From the IMG/VR virus record IMGVR_UViG_3300030202_000014, positions 1 through 57,421 of that record: a DNA stretch of 57,421 nt. One strand, written 5' to 3'. Source of the stretch: a virus. Its lineage: Duplodnaviria; Caudoviricetes. Below are positions 41,178 through 50,093 of this stretch, piece after piece. Below the pieces are notes generated by a model. The model worked only from the letters and a program-made list of their open reading frames with translations. It searched no databases and had not been told where the DNA came from. The position numbers and the translations under genes were made by a program. Every line of letters starts with the position of its first letter. Positions within the stretch are counted from its first letter, which is position 1.

Positions 41178-42397
41178 GCTACGTACCTCGCAATCTTGTA
41201 CTCAAGATCAGTGTGTACGATACCATGCCAACCAGACAACTTGTTCTTTACAACGTTGATGTGGCGTTGGTTATCTTCTTCCTCTTGCCCTTCAACTGTA
41301 GGGTTCTTGGAAATCATAATCATCAGGTCAGCTTCTGCTGCCTTACCTGTACGTGACCCTTCCATCATGGCTTGGTTGAGTACCACCTTACCCTCTGCCT
41401 CTGCTGATAGCTGAGACATGTAGAAGATAGCACACTCATGCTGCTTGGCAATCTGTCTTGCATGCACAGCGTTAGCCTTGAGTGCTTCGTCAGGACGTGC
41501 AAAGCCACCCATCTTGGCGAACTTGTCACCCATGTCCAGTATCACAATGTCAGGCTTATATGACTTACACACGGACTCAACCCAGTTCATGTCACGACCT
41601 GTAGCATCCTTGAACATGACGTTCTTACGTATCTGATCGAACACTTCCATAGCTCTGTGCTTGTTCTTACTAATCTCGTACTTGTCCATGCCTGTAGCTG
41701 CTGTAATGTACCTGTGAGCCACCCTGTGATAGCCCTCTTCGTTACATAAAATGATACACTTAGCACCTTGCCATGCAAACCCTTGCGGAGAGGCAACAAG
41801 CGAAGCATGGAATGAGGTCTTACCAGTGTTCGGCCTCGCCCCTACCTCAATCAAATGTCCTGCATTGATGCCCTCTACCTTACGTGTCAGGGTAGGAATG
41901 TTGAACGTCCATTGTGACTCCAAATCTGTCATTGACAGGATGGTATCGAGGCTTATGTCTTCCCACTCTACCTGTAGGTTAGGCGTGAAGTCATCACCGT
42001 ATTGCTCCATCAAATTACGTAGTGGTTCAAGGCTAGACTTGCTGCCATTGACATAATCAAAGCCAAGGTTGGCAATGTCCTCACCCACCACTTGTTGAAA
42101 CAACTTGGATAATACTTCCTGTGCCACGTCACTACCCATTGGGCTTTCTTTCTTGATCTTGTGAAACAGGTGACTGTATGCTTGCTTCTGTGCTGTAGTC
42201 AGTGTCGGATTGTTTGCCATGAACAGTGCTTCTATCTCGTCAGGTGTAACTGTACGTGAGTACCTATCCATTGCAGTATCCACTGCTTGCTTGATCTTGC
42301 GTACATCTGAACTGAACAATCTGTCTGGGCATTTAGCACCACGATGATCGTCATAGAACTCTTTGTCCATCAAGCTTCGTACTAATGATAATTCCAT
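41174..42397 (-). CDS. DnaB-like (SF4) replicative helicase
   Basis: Walker A GARPNTGKT, ILD, SQL, KNK. Confidence 0.9.
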   Translation of the reverse strand: MELSLVRSLMDKEFYDDHRGAKCPDRLFSSDVRKIKQAVDTAMDRYSRTVTPDEIEALFMANNPTLTTAQKQAYSHLFHKIKKESPMGSDVAQEVLSKLFQQVVGEDIANLGFDYVNGSKSSLEPLRNLMEQYGDDFTPNLQVEWEDISLDTILSMTDLESQWTFNIPTLTRKVEGINAGHLIEVGARPNTGKTSFHASLVASPQGFAWQGAKCIILCNEEGYHRVAHRYITAATGMDKYEISKNKHRAMEVFDQIRKNVMFKDATGRDMNWVESVCKSYKPDIVILDMGDKFAKMGGFARPDEALKANAVHARQIAKQHECAIFYMSQLSAEAEGKVVLNQAMMEGSRTGKAAEADLMIMISKNPTVEGQEEEDNQRHINVVKNKLSGWHGIVHTDLEYKIARYVA

Positions 42398-43161
42398 TAT
42401 GTGTCTCCTAGTGTTGTTAGTTTATCTAAGTCGGTTTGGTTTCTGTATTTCAGGTCATCTTCAAGGCGTAGCACATTTACGTTTGGTACTAGCCCTCGTA
42501 ATTCTTTTGCAAACTGTAGTGTCTTGGGTAGTGCGTCAGGGTCAAGAGCTACAATTGCTGTTGAGAACTGTGACAAGTACTTCTTATGCCCATCGGATAA
42601 TGATGTACCCAACACTGCGACCCCGACAAATCCATCAGTACCTACGATGGCTGCACTCACACAGTCCTCAACAACTACAGCAGTTGTACCACGTCCACAG
42701 ACGTATGGCAAGCTGCTTTTTCCATATCTTTTCCACTTGGGTATTCGTTTACCTAGCGATCTACCAGTGGCATCTGTCATGGCAGTACCCTGCATTATAG
42801 GGAACACCACACGATGTTCTTTTACATCATACAATAGCCCCAATACCTTGGGGTCTAGCTTCCACGTATCACAGAACTCTGAGATTGCATTGTCATCTTT
42901 TACAATCCATTCAGGTTTGTCGAAAGTTATAGAGTGTGTCTCTTCTGCAACACTACCCAGTGACTTGCGTATGTCCTCTGCTGTGAGATGAACACGCTTG
43001 CCACCAGATACGTGACACCCTGCCTTGTAGCAATTCCAAATCATAGAACCCATGTTGTTCGTGATCGTGAAGGTCTTGCGCCCACCACACTCAGGACAGT
43101 CCATACGTTTAGTATCTCCATTTGTAAGTGTTATATCATTTATAATATTATATACACTCAT
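42397..43161 (-). CDS. DNA primase (zinc finger + TOPRIM)
   Basis: CPEC...CYKAGC; VVEDCVSA; LDPDA. Confidence 0.88.
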   Translation of the reverse strand: MSVYNIINDITLTNGDTKRMDCPECGGRKTFTITNNMGSMIWNCYKAGCHVSGGKRVHLTAEDIRKSLGSVAEETHSITFDKPEWIVKDDNAISEFCDTWKLDPKVLGLLYDVKEHRVVFPIMQGTAMTDATGRSLGKRIPKWKRYGKSSLPYVCGRGTTAVVVEDCVSAAIVGTDGFVGVAVLGTSLSDGHKKYLSQFSTAIVALDPDALPKTLQFAKELRGLVPNVNVLRLEDDLKYRNQTDLDKLTTLGDT

Positions 43162-44282
43162 AATGTATCACTTTCAATGTTACTCCTTACAGTCGATTGT
43201 ACACTAATGTCTCTACGTGTCAAGGCACTATTTGCACTTTCGTAAGTATGCTTGTGATATGGCTTCACAGAAGACACATGTGTATGTCCAGATACAGCCA
43301 TGATTTGTGGTAAAGGTACACCTTTGTCTATCATTTGTGTTATACCAGTTCTCCGTATGTCCATGAGCCGTAGCTCTTCAGGTAGCTTTGCTAGTCGCAT
43401 GATCTTCCGTCCAACCTTGGACAGTCTCTCCATTGCGTATGGTTTGTACACGCCCTTCACAGGCATAGGATGTGGCACTACCCAAGGCTGAAAACCAAAG
43501 TCTGCTTTCTGCTCTTTGAGCATGGCAGTCAAGTTATCTGTGATAGGAAGAAACACATCAGCCCTACGCTTACTCTGTTCTAATGTAAGCTGTTGCTTAT
43601 CCAAGTCAAGGTTCTCCCATCTTAGGTTACGCATGTCACCCAGACGCTGACACCACTCGTATGCCATGTGTATAATCAACCCGACATTCCTGTAGTCAAA
43701 GTCACTGTACGCCACGTCAAGAAACTTATTCACCTCACCATGTGACCACACCATTTTACGTTGCTTGGCAGTCTTACGCTTGATCTTACCAAACGGATTC
43801 TGCTCTGCATGTTCCATCTGTATGGCATAGTTGTACACTCTGCTTGCACAGGTAGCTGCATGGTTAGCAAAGCTAATGCCACGCTTGACCCACTCTTCAT
43901 ATGCAGCCTTGGCTATCTTGGACGTCACGTCTTTGTACTTGCGACACCCGATAGTCTGGTGTACGACTGTCAGAAAGTATCTGTAATCTACTTTAGTTGT
44001 GTCACGTAACATATTGAAATCATTGGATTGATAGTAAAAGTTGATAAGGTCAGTGACCCTGCTGCTTGGCTTCAAGCCCACAAGTTTTGCACGTTCCTCA
44101 CGCCAATCATCTATCTGTTTGTTTAACTCCTTTGCTAGTCTGCGTACCTCTTTGGTATCAGTACCCAGTTCTTCACGTTCCACCACGCCCTCATCTACAA
44201 GCATCTGTGGTGGATTAAAGCGATAAGAAGTGTCACCCGAAGATGACACTCTTAGTTGTACATAACGTGGTAGCATCTGCAT
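43158..44282 (-). CDS. Tyrosine recombinase/integrase
   Basis: Catalytic R (CQRLGD), K (QSKR), DIRRT, SGH and Tyr (VKPY). Confidence 0.88.
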   Translation of the reverse strand: MQMLPRYVQLRVSSSGDTSYRFNPPQMLVDEGVVEREELGTDTKEVRRLAKELNKQIDDWREERAKLVGLKPSSRVTDLINFYYQSNDFNMLRDTTKVDYRYFLTVVHQTIGCRKYKDVTSKIAKAAYEEWVKRGISFANHAATCASRVYNYAIQMEHAEQNPFGKIKRKTAKQRKMVWSHGEVNKFLDVAYSDFDYRNVGLIIHMAYEWCQRLGDMRNLRWENLDLDKQQLTLEQSKRRADVFLPITDNLTAMLKEQKADFGFQPWVVPHPMPVKGVYKPYAMERLSKVGRKIMRLAKLPEELRLMDIRRTGITQMIDKGVPLPQIMAVSGHTHVSSVKPYHKHTYESANSALTRRDISVQSTVRSNIESDTL

Positions 44283-45130
44283 TAAGCAGCTTCCAATTCT
44301 AGGAACTTCTTATCAGATACCCACTTGCTGACTTCCTGTTCACGACTGAACATGCTGATAGCTTGTGTGTCGTTACCAGTGTTACGTAGGCTGAACCCAT
44401 TACGCTCATCAGCATACGATGCATAGTTGGTAAAGGCAGAGTACAACGCCCACTTGTTGTGGCCTCGTTGAGATGCCTCATGGCAATACAATTCGTACAT
44501 CTTTTCAGACTTACGCTTAGATGCAATCATGTCTTCTAGCAATGACTGTACGTTTACGTATTTGAGGTCAGTCTCAGCCCACACCTGCATCTTTGCAGTC
44601 TCTTCGTAGAAGTCACGTCTTGCACGATTTAACTCGTAGATGAAACCATCCAGTGTAAAGTTAGATGTGTTCTTCTTACGAACCTTGTCGTATTCACCAC
44701 GTATCATGCCGTTAGTGCAGAAGAAATCAATCTGTCCAAAGTACACTTGGTTGCTGCATGAACCATCAACACCATGTAATGATATGATACGATTGCCAAG
44801 CGTAGTTGTGTGCTTGTCTGTAGCAATCTCTACCTGCATGTCAGGTAATGTGATGTCTAGCATAGACCATGCACCACTTCGTGCAGTGCGCCAGTTGTAT
44901 TTGGCATTGGTCATCTCAGCAGGTGAAAGGTTTTCTGTCAGTGTGTCCATGACACCACGATAGAAGTCACCATGAGATGCACAGGTAAAACCTCTACCCA
45001 CGATACCAATGTACTCACCAGTGTTACCATTAATGACGTATTTCTTGTCATCTACTTTAGTTGGTTCAAATTCCACATCAAAGTCAAGCTTTGTTGGAAT
45101 GTCGAATGTGTTGTTAATGTCGAATGGCAT
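44282..45130 (-). CDS. DUF932/DUF945-like protein
   Basis: HGVDGS...FCTNGM...NKWALYSAFTNY. Confidence 0.75.
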   Translation of the reverse strand: MPFDINNTFDIPTKLDFDVEFEPTKVDDKKYVINGNTGEYIGIVGRGFTCASHGDFYRGVMDTLTENLSPAEMTNAKYNWRTARSGAWSMLDITLPDMQVEIATDKHTTTLGNRIISLHGVDGSCSNQVYFGQIDFFCTNGMIRGEYDKVRKKNTSNFTLDGFIYELNRARRDFYEETAKMQVWAETDLKYVNVQSLLEDMIASKRKSEKMYELYCHEASQRGHNKWALYSAFTNYASYADERNGFSLRNTGNDTQAISMFSREQEVSKWVSDKKFLELEAA

Positions 45131-45213
45131 ATATAATACTCCTTTTCAGTTGGTTATGTGGCAACTTTGCCATAGTTATGTAGTCTTGTCTACCCCTATA
45201 CTAGTAACGGTAA

Positions 45214-45606
45214 CTATTTATAGAAGATGTGTGACCCATGAGCCACAGTTTTATTGAAGTGCTTGCGCCACCAAGGACTCACATACGTAGCATGGTAGTG
45301 CGTAGCACCATCTGTATTGTCTTTGTGATAGCCATACAGTGTGTTGTAGGCTACCACTTGTGCAACTATCCAAGACATATTGTCTTTGGGTTTGTCTGAC
45401 TTACCATCACAGTACCACGAGAACTGGCATCTATGCTTGCCCTTGTGGTATCCCTGCTTGACCACCTTACATGCATCGTTAGGGAATGAGTCATCAGCTA
45501 CACGATTGAGCACTACGTGGGCAACTGCATATTGCCCATTCATAGGCTCACTACGTGCTTCGTAGTACACATTGAGTGCAAGGCACGTGAGAAACATTTC
45601 AATCAT
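45214..45606 (-). CDS. Cell wall hydrolase (SleB/Hydrolase_2)
   Basis: CLALNVYYEARSE, VVLNRV, CQFSW, GATHYH, HIFY. Confidence 0.9.
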   Translation of the reverse strand: MIEMFLTCLALNVYYEARSEPMNGQYAVAHVVLNRVADDSFPNDACKVVKQGYHKGKHRCQFSWYCDGKSDKPKDNMSWIVAQVVAYNTLYGYHKDNTDGATHYHATYVSPWWRKHFNKTVAHGSHIFYK

Positions 45607-45773
45607 CTGGTATCAACCTCTAGGCAAGCCAGTGTCTCTGAGCTATGGTTCACTAGAACCACTGCTTCTTTCAAAGCCAACTGGCATTCTTCGGCTTTAC
45701 CGAATGTTCCCAATTGATAGTAATCAACTCCCTGATTTGTCACGAGTTGCATCCACACTAGTATCCACATCAT
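45603..45773 (-). CDS. Small two-cysteine protein (56 aa)
   Basis: Manual translation MMWILVWMQLVTNQGVDYYQLGTFGKAEECQLALKEAVVLVNHSSETLACLEVDTR; AAGGAG RBS. Confidence 0.6.
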   Translation of the reverse strand: MMWILVWMQLVTNQGVDYYQLGTFGKAEECQLALKEAVVLVNHSSETLACLEVDTR

Positions 45774-46012
45774 CTGTACTCTCCTTAAACTTATCTCTGG
45801 CTACGCCAGTTTCCTTAGACAGTGCATCAGCCATAGCCTTTGCAAGTTCTTTGTTTGGTGCATCAATTATAATTTCCATTAGTCAGTCTCCTTTTCTTCT
45901 GTTTGTATAATACAGGCTTCACATAAGTAGCCACACTCGTTATCCCATTCATGGTATTCGAGTTCCTCTATGTCACCACAGTTTTCACATGCGCTGACCA
46001 TTGTTATTTGCA

Positions 46013-46357
46013 TCACTGTATCTCCTTTTGAGCTTCGTGATGATAGTCTAAAGCCATACGTATCATGGTTTTACCTTCGTCATACTCCCCACTGCACAGC
46101 TTGTCATAGCCCCATCTAAAATAGGACAATGCTTTCTTGTTTATATCATCAGTATCTTTTGTCGTTGCAAACCATTCACTGATTGCCTCTTCGCCATACG
46201 GATCAGCACCTGCACCCACCTTATTGGCATTGAGAAAGCGTAACAAGCTAGGCTTGTCTACTGGCACATCGACAGTCGTGTAGCCTTTGCCACACATCTT
46301 ACGTGCATCGGCCTGTGTTCCTGCCCATACACCACTGCTGTTCCTGTATAGTTTCAT
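46013..46357 (-). CDS. Hypothetical early protein
   Basis: MKLYRNSSGVWAGTQADA; ATGA coupling with the upstream gene. Confidence 0.65.
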   Translation of the reverse strand: MKLYRNSSGVWAGTQADARKMCGKGYTTVDVPVDKPSLLRFLNANKVGAGADPYGEEAISEWFATTKDTDDINKKALSYFRWGYDKLCSGEYDEGKTMIRMALDYHHEAQKEIQ

Positions 46358-46860
46358 GCTACTTCCTCTTGTACAAACCATTCTGGCACTGGACGATTAG
46401 TCCACACCATCTTGAACCTGCGTTGCTTGGTCATGTAGAACTTGCGATAGCTTTCCATAGGCCACGCTTTACCTGACTTCAAGTCAGTGTGTTCACTGAA
46501 GCACTCAGGGTGTGGTGTAAGCAAACCATCAGGCACATACACTGCACCCTGCACAAGTGCATCCCACAATCGCCATGAGGCATGGGTCTTGCCATATCGG
46601 TGGGTGTACTCTTTGCACATCCAACGAAACATTTCAAGTGAGTACTCAAAGTTGGCACGAGTTTGCCCTGCCCATATGGTGCATGGGTGCTTCTGGTGTA
46701 CAGCACGATACAACCCTGCTTCCTCTGCATACTCTGGTGCATGTAGTCGGACAGAAGTGCATAGCATCTGTGCCTCTTCAAGTGGCATCTTGACCACGTG
46801 CTTGTCACACAAGTCACGAGCAATCAAGTCAGGACTGTAGTTGATAATAAATCTGTTCAT
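46354..46860 (-). CDS. Pyrimidine-dimer DNA glycosylase-like protein (DenV/endonuclease V superfamily)
   Basis: DKHVVKMPLEEAQML, HPCTIW, EYTHRYGKTH, YRKFY. Confidence 0.75.
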   Translation of the reverse strand: MNRFIINYSPDLIARDLCDKHVVKMPLEEAQMLCTSVRLHAPEYAEEAGLYRAVHQKHPCTIWAGQTRANFEYSLEMFRWMCKEYTHRYGKTHASWRLWDALVQGAVYVPDGLLTPHPECFSEHTDLKSGKAWPMESYRKFYMTKQRRFKMVWTNRPVPEWFVQEEVA

Positions 46861-46913
46861 GTTATTTCCTTTTCAAATTACCTGCCCAATGTGAGCAATC
46901 GTCACATGGATCA

Positions 46914-47279
46914 TCAGGCGGCATTGGTTTCTCTGGTGTTGGTGGTTTCCTCGGCATCTATTTTATACACAAGCACACGTATCTCAAAGGTCATGTCATC
47001 TGTGACAACAACCTCTGGACGTAAGCCAAGTGTGTCTCCCTCGCTTGCGAACTTACGTAGGTTCTTAACGGACAGTAACCTGTCACCTCGTGGCCTACGG
47101 TATAGACGTACCTCTGTCGGGGTATCATCCTCATACAACGCATCTATCGTCACCTTATCGCCATTGGCAATCTGGTTGTATGAATAATCTATTTCATCAG
47201 CCAGTGCTTGCACTGACTTGTTGGCGTCCATGATGGACTTGGTAAGCATACGCTTAGTCAATTTAATTCTAGCTTCCAT
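46914..47279 (-). CDS. Early protein resembling a restriction-enzyme accessory DNA-binding domain
   Basis: LTKRMLTKSIMDANKSV...RLYRRPRGDRLLSVKNLRKFASEGDTL; AAGGAG RBS; family recalled from memory, not searched. Confidence 0.4.
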   Translation of the reverse strand: MEARIKLTKRMLTKSIMDANKSVQALADEIDYSYNQIANGDKVTIDALYEDDTPTEVRLYRRPRGDRLLSVKNLRKFASEGDTLGLRPEVVVTDDMTFEIRVLVYKIDAEETTNTRETNAA

Positions 47280-47289
47280 GTCTTTCTCC

Positions 47290-47520
47290 TTACTGTACTG
47301 CATACGGTGCTTCATATATGTATGGGTATTGTTTGTATTCATCCATTTCATACTCACCGCATTCTATAAATTCAATGTTCACTGCTTCGGGGTGTGACTC
47401 ACGAGCAAGCATCATGGCAAAGTGAGTTGCACTATGCCAATCAAAGATTGATGGGTAGGTATCGTCTAGTTGTATTAGACTTTCCATACCATCAACATCT
47501 ACCTTTACGTCATAGCCCAT
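47290..47520 (-). CDS. Hypothetical acidic early protein
   Basis: ORF in the early operon. Confidence 0.6.
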   Translation of the reverse strand: MGYDVKVDVDGMESLIQLDDTYPSIFDWHSATHFAMMLARESHPEAVNIEFIECGEYEMDEYKQYPYIYEAPYAVQ

Positions 47521-47522
47521 GA

Positions 47523-47918
47523 CTAGCATGGCTCTACCCCCTCTGCACGTATGTATGGCCTATACACTGTCTCATCTGGACAGTTGAACGTAGGCTCAAG
47601 AGACAGGTATGCACGTTTGGCTTTACGCACTGGTGACTTGTCAATCCACTTCACGAAACTGTTATACTTGTATGGGTTGTACCCAACATTGTCCAACATT
47701 GGACAGTCCTTCTCACTGAAGTATGTAGCTTCGCCACGTACAAAAGCATGGACATTTTTCTTGCCCTCACGCAAGACACGTTGCCGCCCACCTTCACGCA
47801 CCACGAACTCTGGATTGCGAATGTGTACCTTGTCAGTGTGCAGTATCACCCTGCCCGACCTAGCTGATCGGACAGAGAATAGGTGCTTATGTAAATTGAA
47901 ATAGACTTCAACTCTCAT
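47523..47918 (-). CDS. Conserved phage early protein
   Basis: VYFNLHK...REGKKNVHAFVRG...YNPYK; GGAG RBS before 47918. Confidence 0.7.
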   Translation of the reverse strand: MRVEVYFNLHKHLFSVRSARSGRVILHTDKVHIRNPEFVVREGGRQRVLREGKKNVHAFVRGEATYFSEKDCPMLDNVGYNPYKYNSFVKWIDKSPVRKAKRAYLSLEPTFNCPDETVYRPYIRAEGVEPC

Positions 47919-48042
47919 CTGTTTTCTCCGTTTGAATTTGCTTTGCATAGTCTTTGCATATGCGTTTGTTGTGGCACATGATGACAACCTTACCGTCATC
48001 ATCATACACCACGTACTTACGTTTCCACAACAAGATACGCAT

Positions 48043-48273
48043 CTACCCTGCGAAGTGCCAGAACTTACGCTCTGTAACTTTGTTACGGTTGTGCTCAACA
48101 TACAAGCTGAACTTGCCCATGTGATGTGCAGTCATGCAATCACTACGGTTGAACAAAGACAAGCCACGAGACTTGACACTACGCTTACGTAGCAATCCCT
48201 TTTGTCCAAGAAAGTTGAAACGGAACCCTGATGTTCCATCATTAAGTGGTTTAGTTGCGAATAATACAAACAT
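48043..48273 (-). CDS. Hypothetical early protein
   Basis: AAGGAG RBS. Confidence 0.65.
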   Translation of the reverse strand: MFVLFATKPLNDGTSGFRFNFLGQKGLLRKRSVKSRGLSLFNRSDCMTAHHMGKFSLYVEHNRNKVTERKFWHFAG

Positions 48274-48311
48274 GTTTTTCTCCTTATGCTTGTGGTTGGT
48301 TTAAGGTTAAA

Positions 48312-48455
48312 CTATCTGGCAACTTTACGTTGCAATTGCTTTTGCTTACGTGCAATCTTACGTTCACGTTTCCAGTTGTCATTACGTTTAGACTGTCCAA
48401 CATTGGACGTTTTAGTTTTAGAAAACTTAATAAAGTTTTGCATCTCGTATCGCAT
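48312..48455 (-). CDS. Small basic early protein (47 aa)
   Basis: Manual translation MRYEMQNFIKFSKTKTSNVGQSKRNDNWKRERKIARKQKQLQRKVAR; AAGGA RBS. Confidence 0.55.
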   Translation of the reverse strand: MRYEMQNFIKFSKTKTSNVGQSKRNDNWKRERKIARKQKQLQRKVAR

Positions 48456-48520
48456 TTTGCTTTTCCTTCTTTGTAAGCTTACGCTTGTTACCTTTTTTGG
48501 GTGGCACTACTTGTGGAGAC

Positions 48521-48799
48521 TTACGCTCCTGTAGCATTGCCCTCGCTACTGGGTTGATGTATGTCGGCTTTGTCAATTTCATCTCGCACCTCTATCAATT
48601 TGTCAATCAGACTATTTAGTGAACTGCCATAGTGTTTTATGTACATAGTTTCCCACGTTTCACCCCTGTCTTTGTCAGGTATGATGGCAACCTCACGCTC
48701 ATCAGGCATCGGGTCTCTGTCTCTGTGATGTGAGATAGACACCTCTCTGCCTTTGTGAAATACGTATACGTTGTTCATGCTTACGTTGTATCTGTTCAT
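48521..48799 (-). CDS. Hypothetical early protein
   Basis: GAGGT RBS before MNRYNV. Confidence 0.6.
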   Translation of the reverse strand: MNRYNVSMNNVYVFHKGREVSISHHRDRDPMPDEREVAIIPDKDRGETWETMYIKHYGSSLNSLIDKLIEVRDEIDKADIHQPSSEGNATGA

Positions 48800-48803
48800 A
48801 GCG

Positions 48804-49388
48804 TTACCTCGCAATGTTGTGTTGTCTGCGCCAAGCTACCCATGTGATAGCTTGCATTTGAAAACCTTTGATGCCAACAGCTTTAGCTGCTTCAATATAA
48901 GCATTGGCAATGATACCATACTCTTTGACACCTACGTTGTTGTTCTTGAGAACCCTACGTAGTCCATCATGTATGTTCTTGGCGTGACCGTCTACAGTCA
49001 CTACGTCTAGTCCAACTATGTTGGCAAAGAAAGCTGTAGTCTTACGTCCATTGAGTTTAGCCATCAATGCTTTCCTACGTACCATACGTTGCTCAAGCAT
49101 ATCCCATGCCTTACGTTTGTTGGCAGGATAGGCAGAGACAGTTACCTCATCTATAGTGCAACCTTTGACAAAGGCTTCTACCAGTATGTGTGCAGCCTTG
49201 ACATTGACAGACCAACCAAGGTTGGGTGACAGTGCAGCAATGACACCAACAACAGTGTTTACACTGATACCAAATTCTTTGGCAATCTTGTTAGCATCAC
49301 GCTTGGCAAGCTTGTACCACTTGATGCCATGCGTCACTTCGTCAGGTGTGGCATTGTGGTATGTATTGAGAATGTTTTGTACAGTCAT
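48804..49388 (-). CDS. Conserved phage protein (possible helical glycosylase-like fold)
   Basis: GIKWY, VIAALSP, KTTAFF, VTVDGHA, QAITWVAWR. Confidence 0.6.
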   Translation of the reverse strand: MTVQNILNTYHNATPDEVTHGIKWYKLAKRDANKIAKEFGISVNTVVGVIAALSPNLGWSVNVKAAHILVEAFVKGCTIDEVTVSAYPANKRKAWDMLEQRMVRRKALMAKLNGRKTTAFFANIVGLDVVTVDGHAKNIHDGLRRVLKNNNVGVKEYGIIANAYIEAAKAVGIKGFQMQAITWVAWRRQHNIAR

Positions 49389-49624
49389 TATTCATCTCCC
49401 TTCGGGAATGCAGCATTCCATTCTTCTGGTGTAATACCAGAGATCAGGAACTCTCTTGCGCTATCACTCAGTTGTGGGAACGCATCTTGCACCAACGTGC
49501 CACTGGTAAGCCAGTAGTCAAGCTGCCCTGAACGCAATGGTAGCACCATGCAACTTTCCTTGCCAGTAAGCATGGATACCTTGTGTACCATTGTGAATCC
49601 TTCGGATACATGTTCATATCTCAT
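49388..49624 (-). CDS. Conserved phage early protein
   Basis: LVQDAFPQLSDSAREFLISGITPEEW; GGAG RBS before 49624. Confidence 0.7.
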   Translation of the reverse strand: MRYEHVSEGFTMVHKVSMLTGKESCMVLPLRSGQLDYWLTSGTLVQDAFPQLSDSAREFLISGITPEEWNAAFPKGDE

Positions 49625-49685
49625 TTCGGTTACTCCGTAAAAGTGTCCAACATTGGACGGTTTCAATTTTGTAATGTGTATACAT

Positions 49686-49725
49686 GTTATATAACACTTT
49701 CACAATAAATCAAGTGTTATATAAC
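49686..49725 (-). promoter_or_regulatory. Early promoter inside a perfect 14-bp inverted repeat
   Basis: GTTATATAACACTT-N12-AAGTGTTATATAAC; minus strand TTGATT-N16-TATAAC. Confidence 0.6.
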
Positions 49726-49735
49726 TGTAACACTA

Positions 49736-49897
49736 TTAATGTTCCACCTCACATACGACAGTGGAATGTTGATCCAATGTCTCATTCCATTGAATGAGCA
49801 ATGAATTGCAATCCTCACGTGTGAGGTTGTGATCAATCACAAATGTACTATCTAAACCAGTTATGTTAATAACTGACAGTATCAAAGCAAATGTCAT
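49736..49897 (-). CDS. Small two-cysteine protein (53 aa)
   Basis: Manual translation MTFALILSVINITGLDSTFVIDHNLTREDCNSLLIQWNETLDQHSTVVCEVEH; AAGGA RBS. Confidence 0.55.
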   Translation of the reverse strand: MTFALILSVINITGLDSTFVIDHNLTREDCNSLLIQWNETLDQHSTVVCEVEH

Positions 49898-50067
49898 TAT
49901 ATGTCCTTTACCCAGAATGTTAAGATTGCCAGTGTACCAAATGGTACAAGTGTAAACGGCAAGATGATAGGATCAAAGTTGTGAACAACTACAGCGTACA
50001 CAAAGAATGCTATAAGCATTGTCATGAATGTCCACAACAATGCGAATAAGATACGAAACAAAAACAT
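49897..50067 (-). CDS. Small two-TM membrane protein (56 aa)
   Basis: GGAGGT RBS; two hydrophobic helices. Confidence 0.6.
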   Translation of the reverse strand: MFLFRILFALLWTFMTMLIAFFVYAVVVHNFDPIILPFTLVPFGTLAILTFWVKDI

Positions 50068-50093
50068 GGTATTACCTCCAATGTGAAGTCAGC

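Noticed and set aside
42062-42073. GCCAAGGTTGGC and similar partial palindromes (near 37149 and 49215)
   Set aside because: Only the short core matches, which is compatible with chance; not counted among the seven copies
49625-49666. ORF-track start MKPSNVGH for the 49388 gene
   Set aside because: The RBS lies before 49624, so this stretch is more likely 5' leader containing the palindrome
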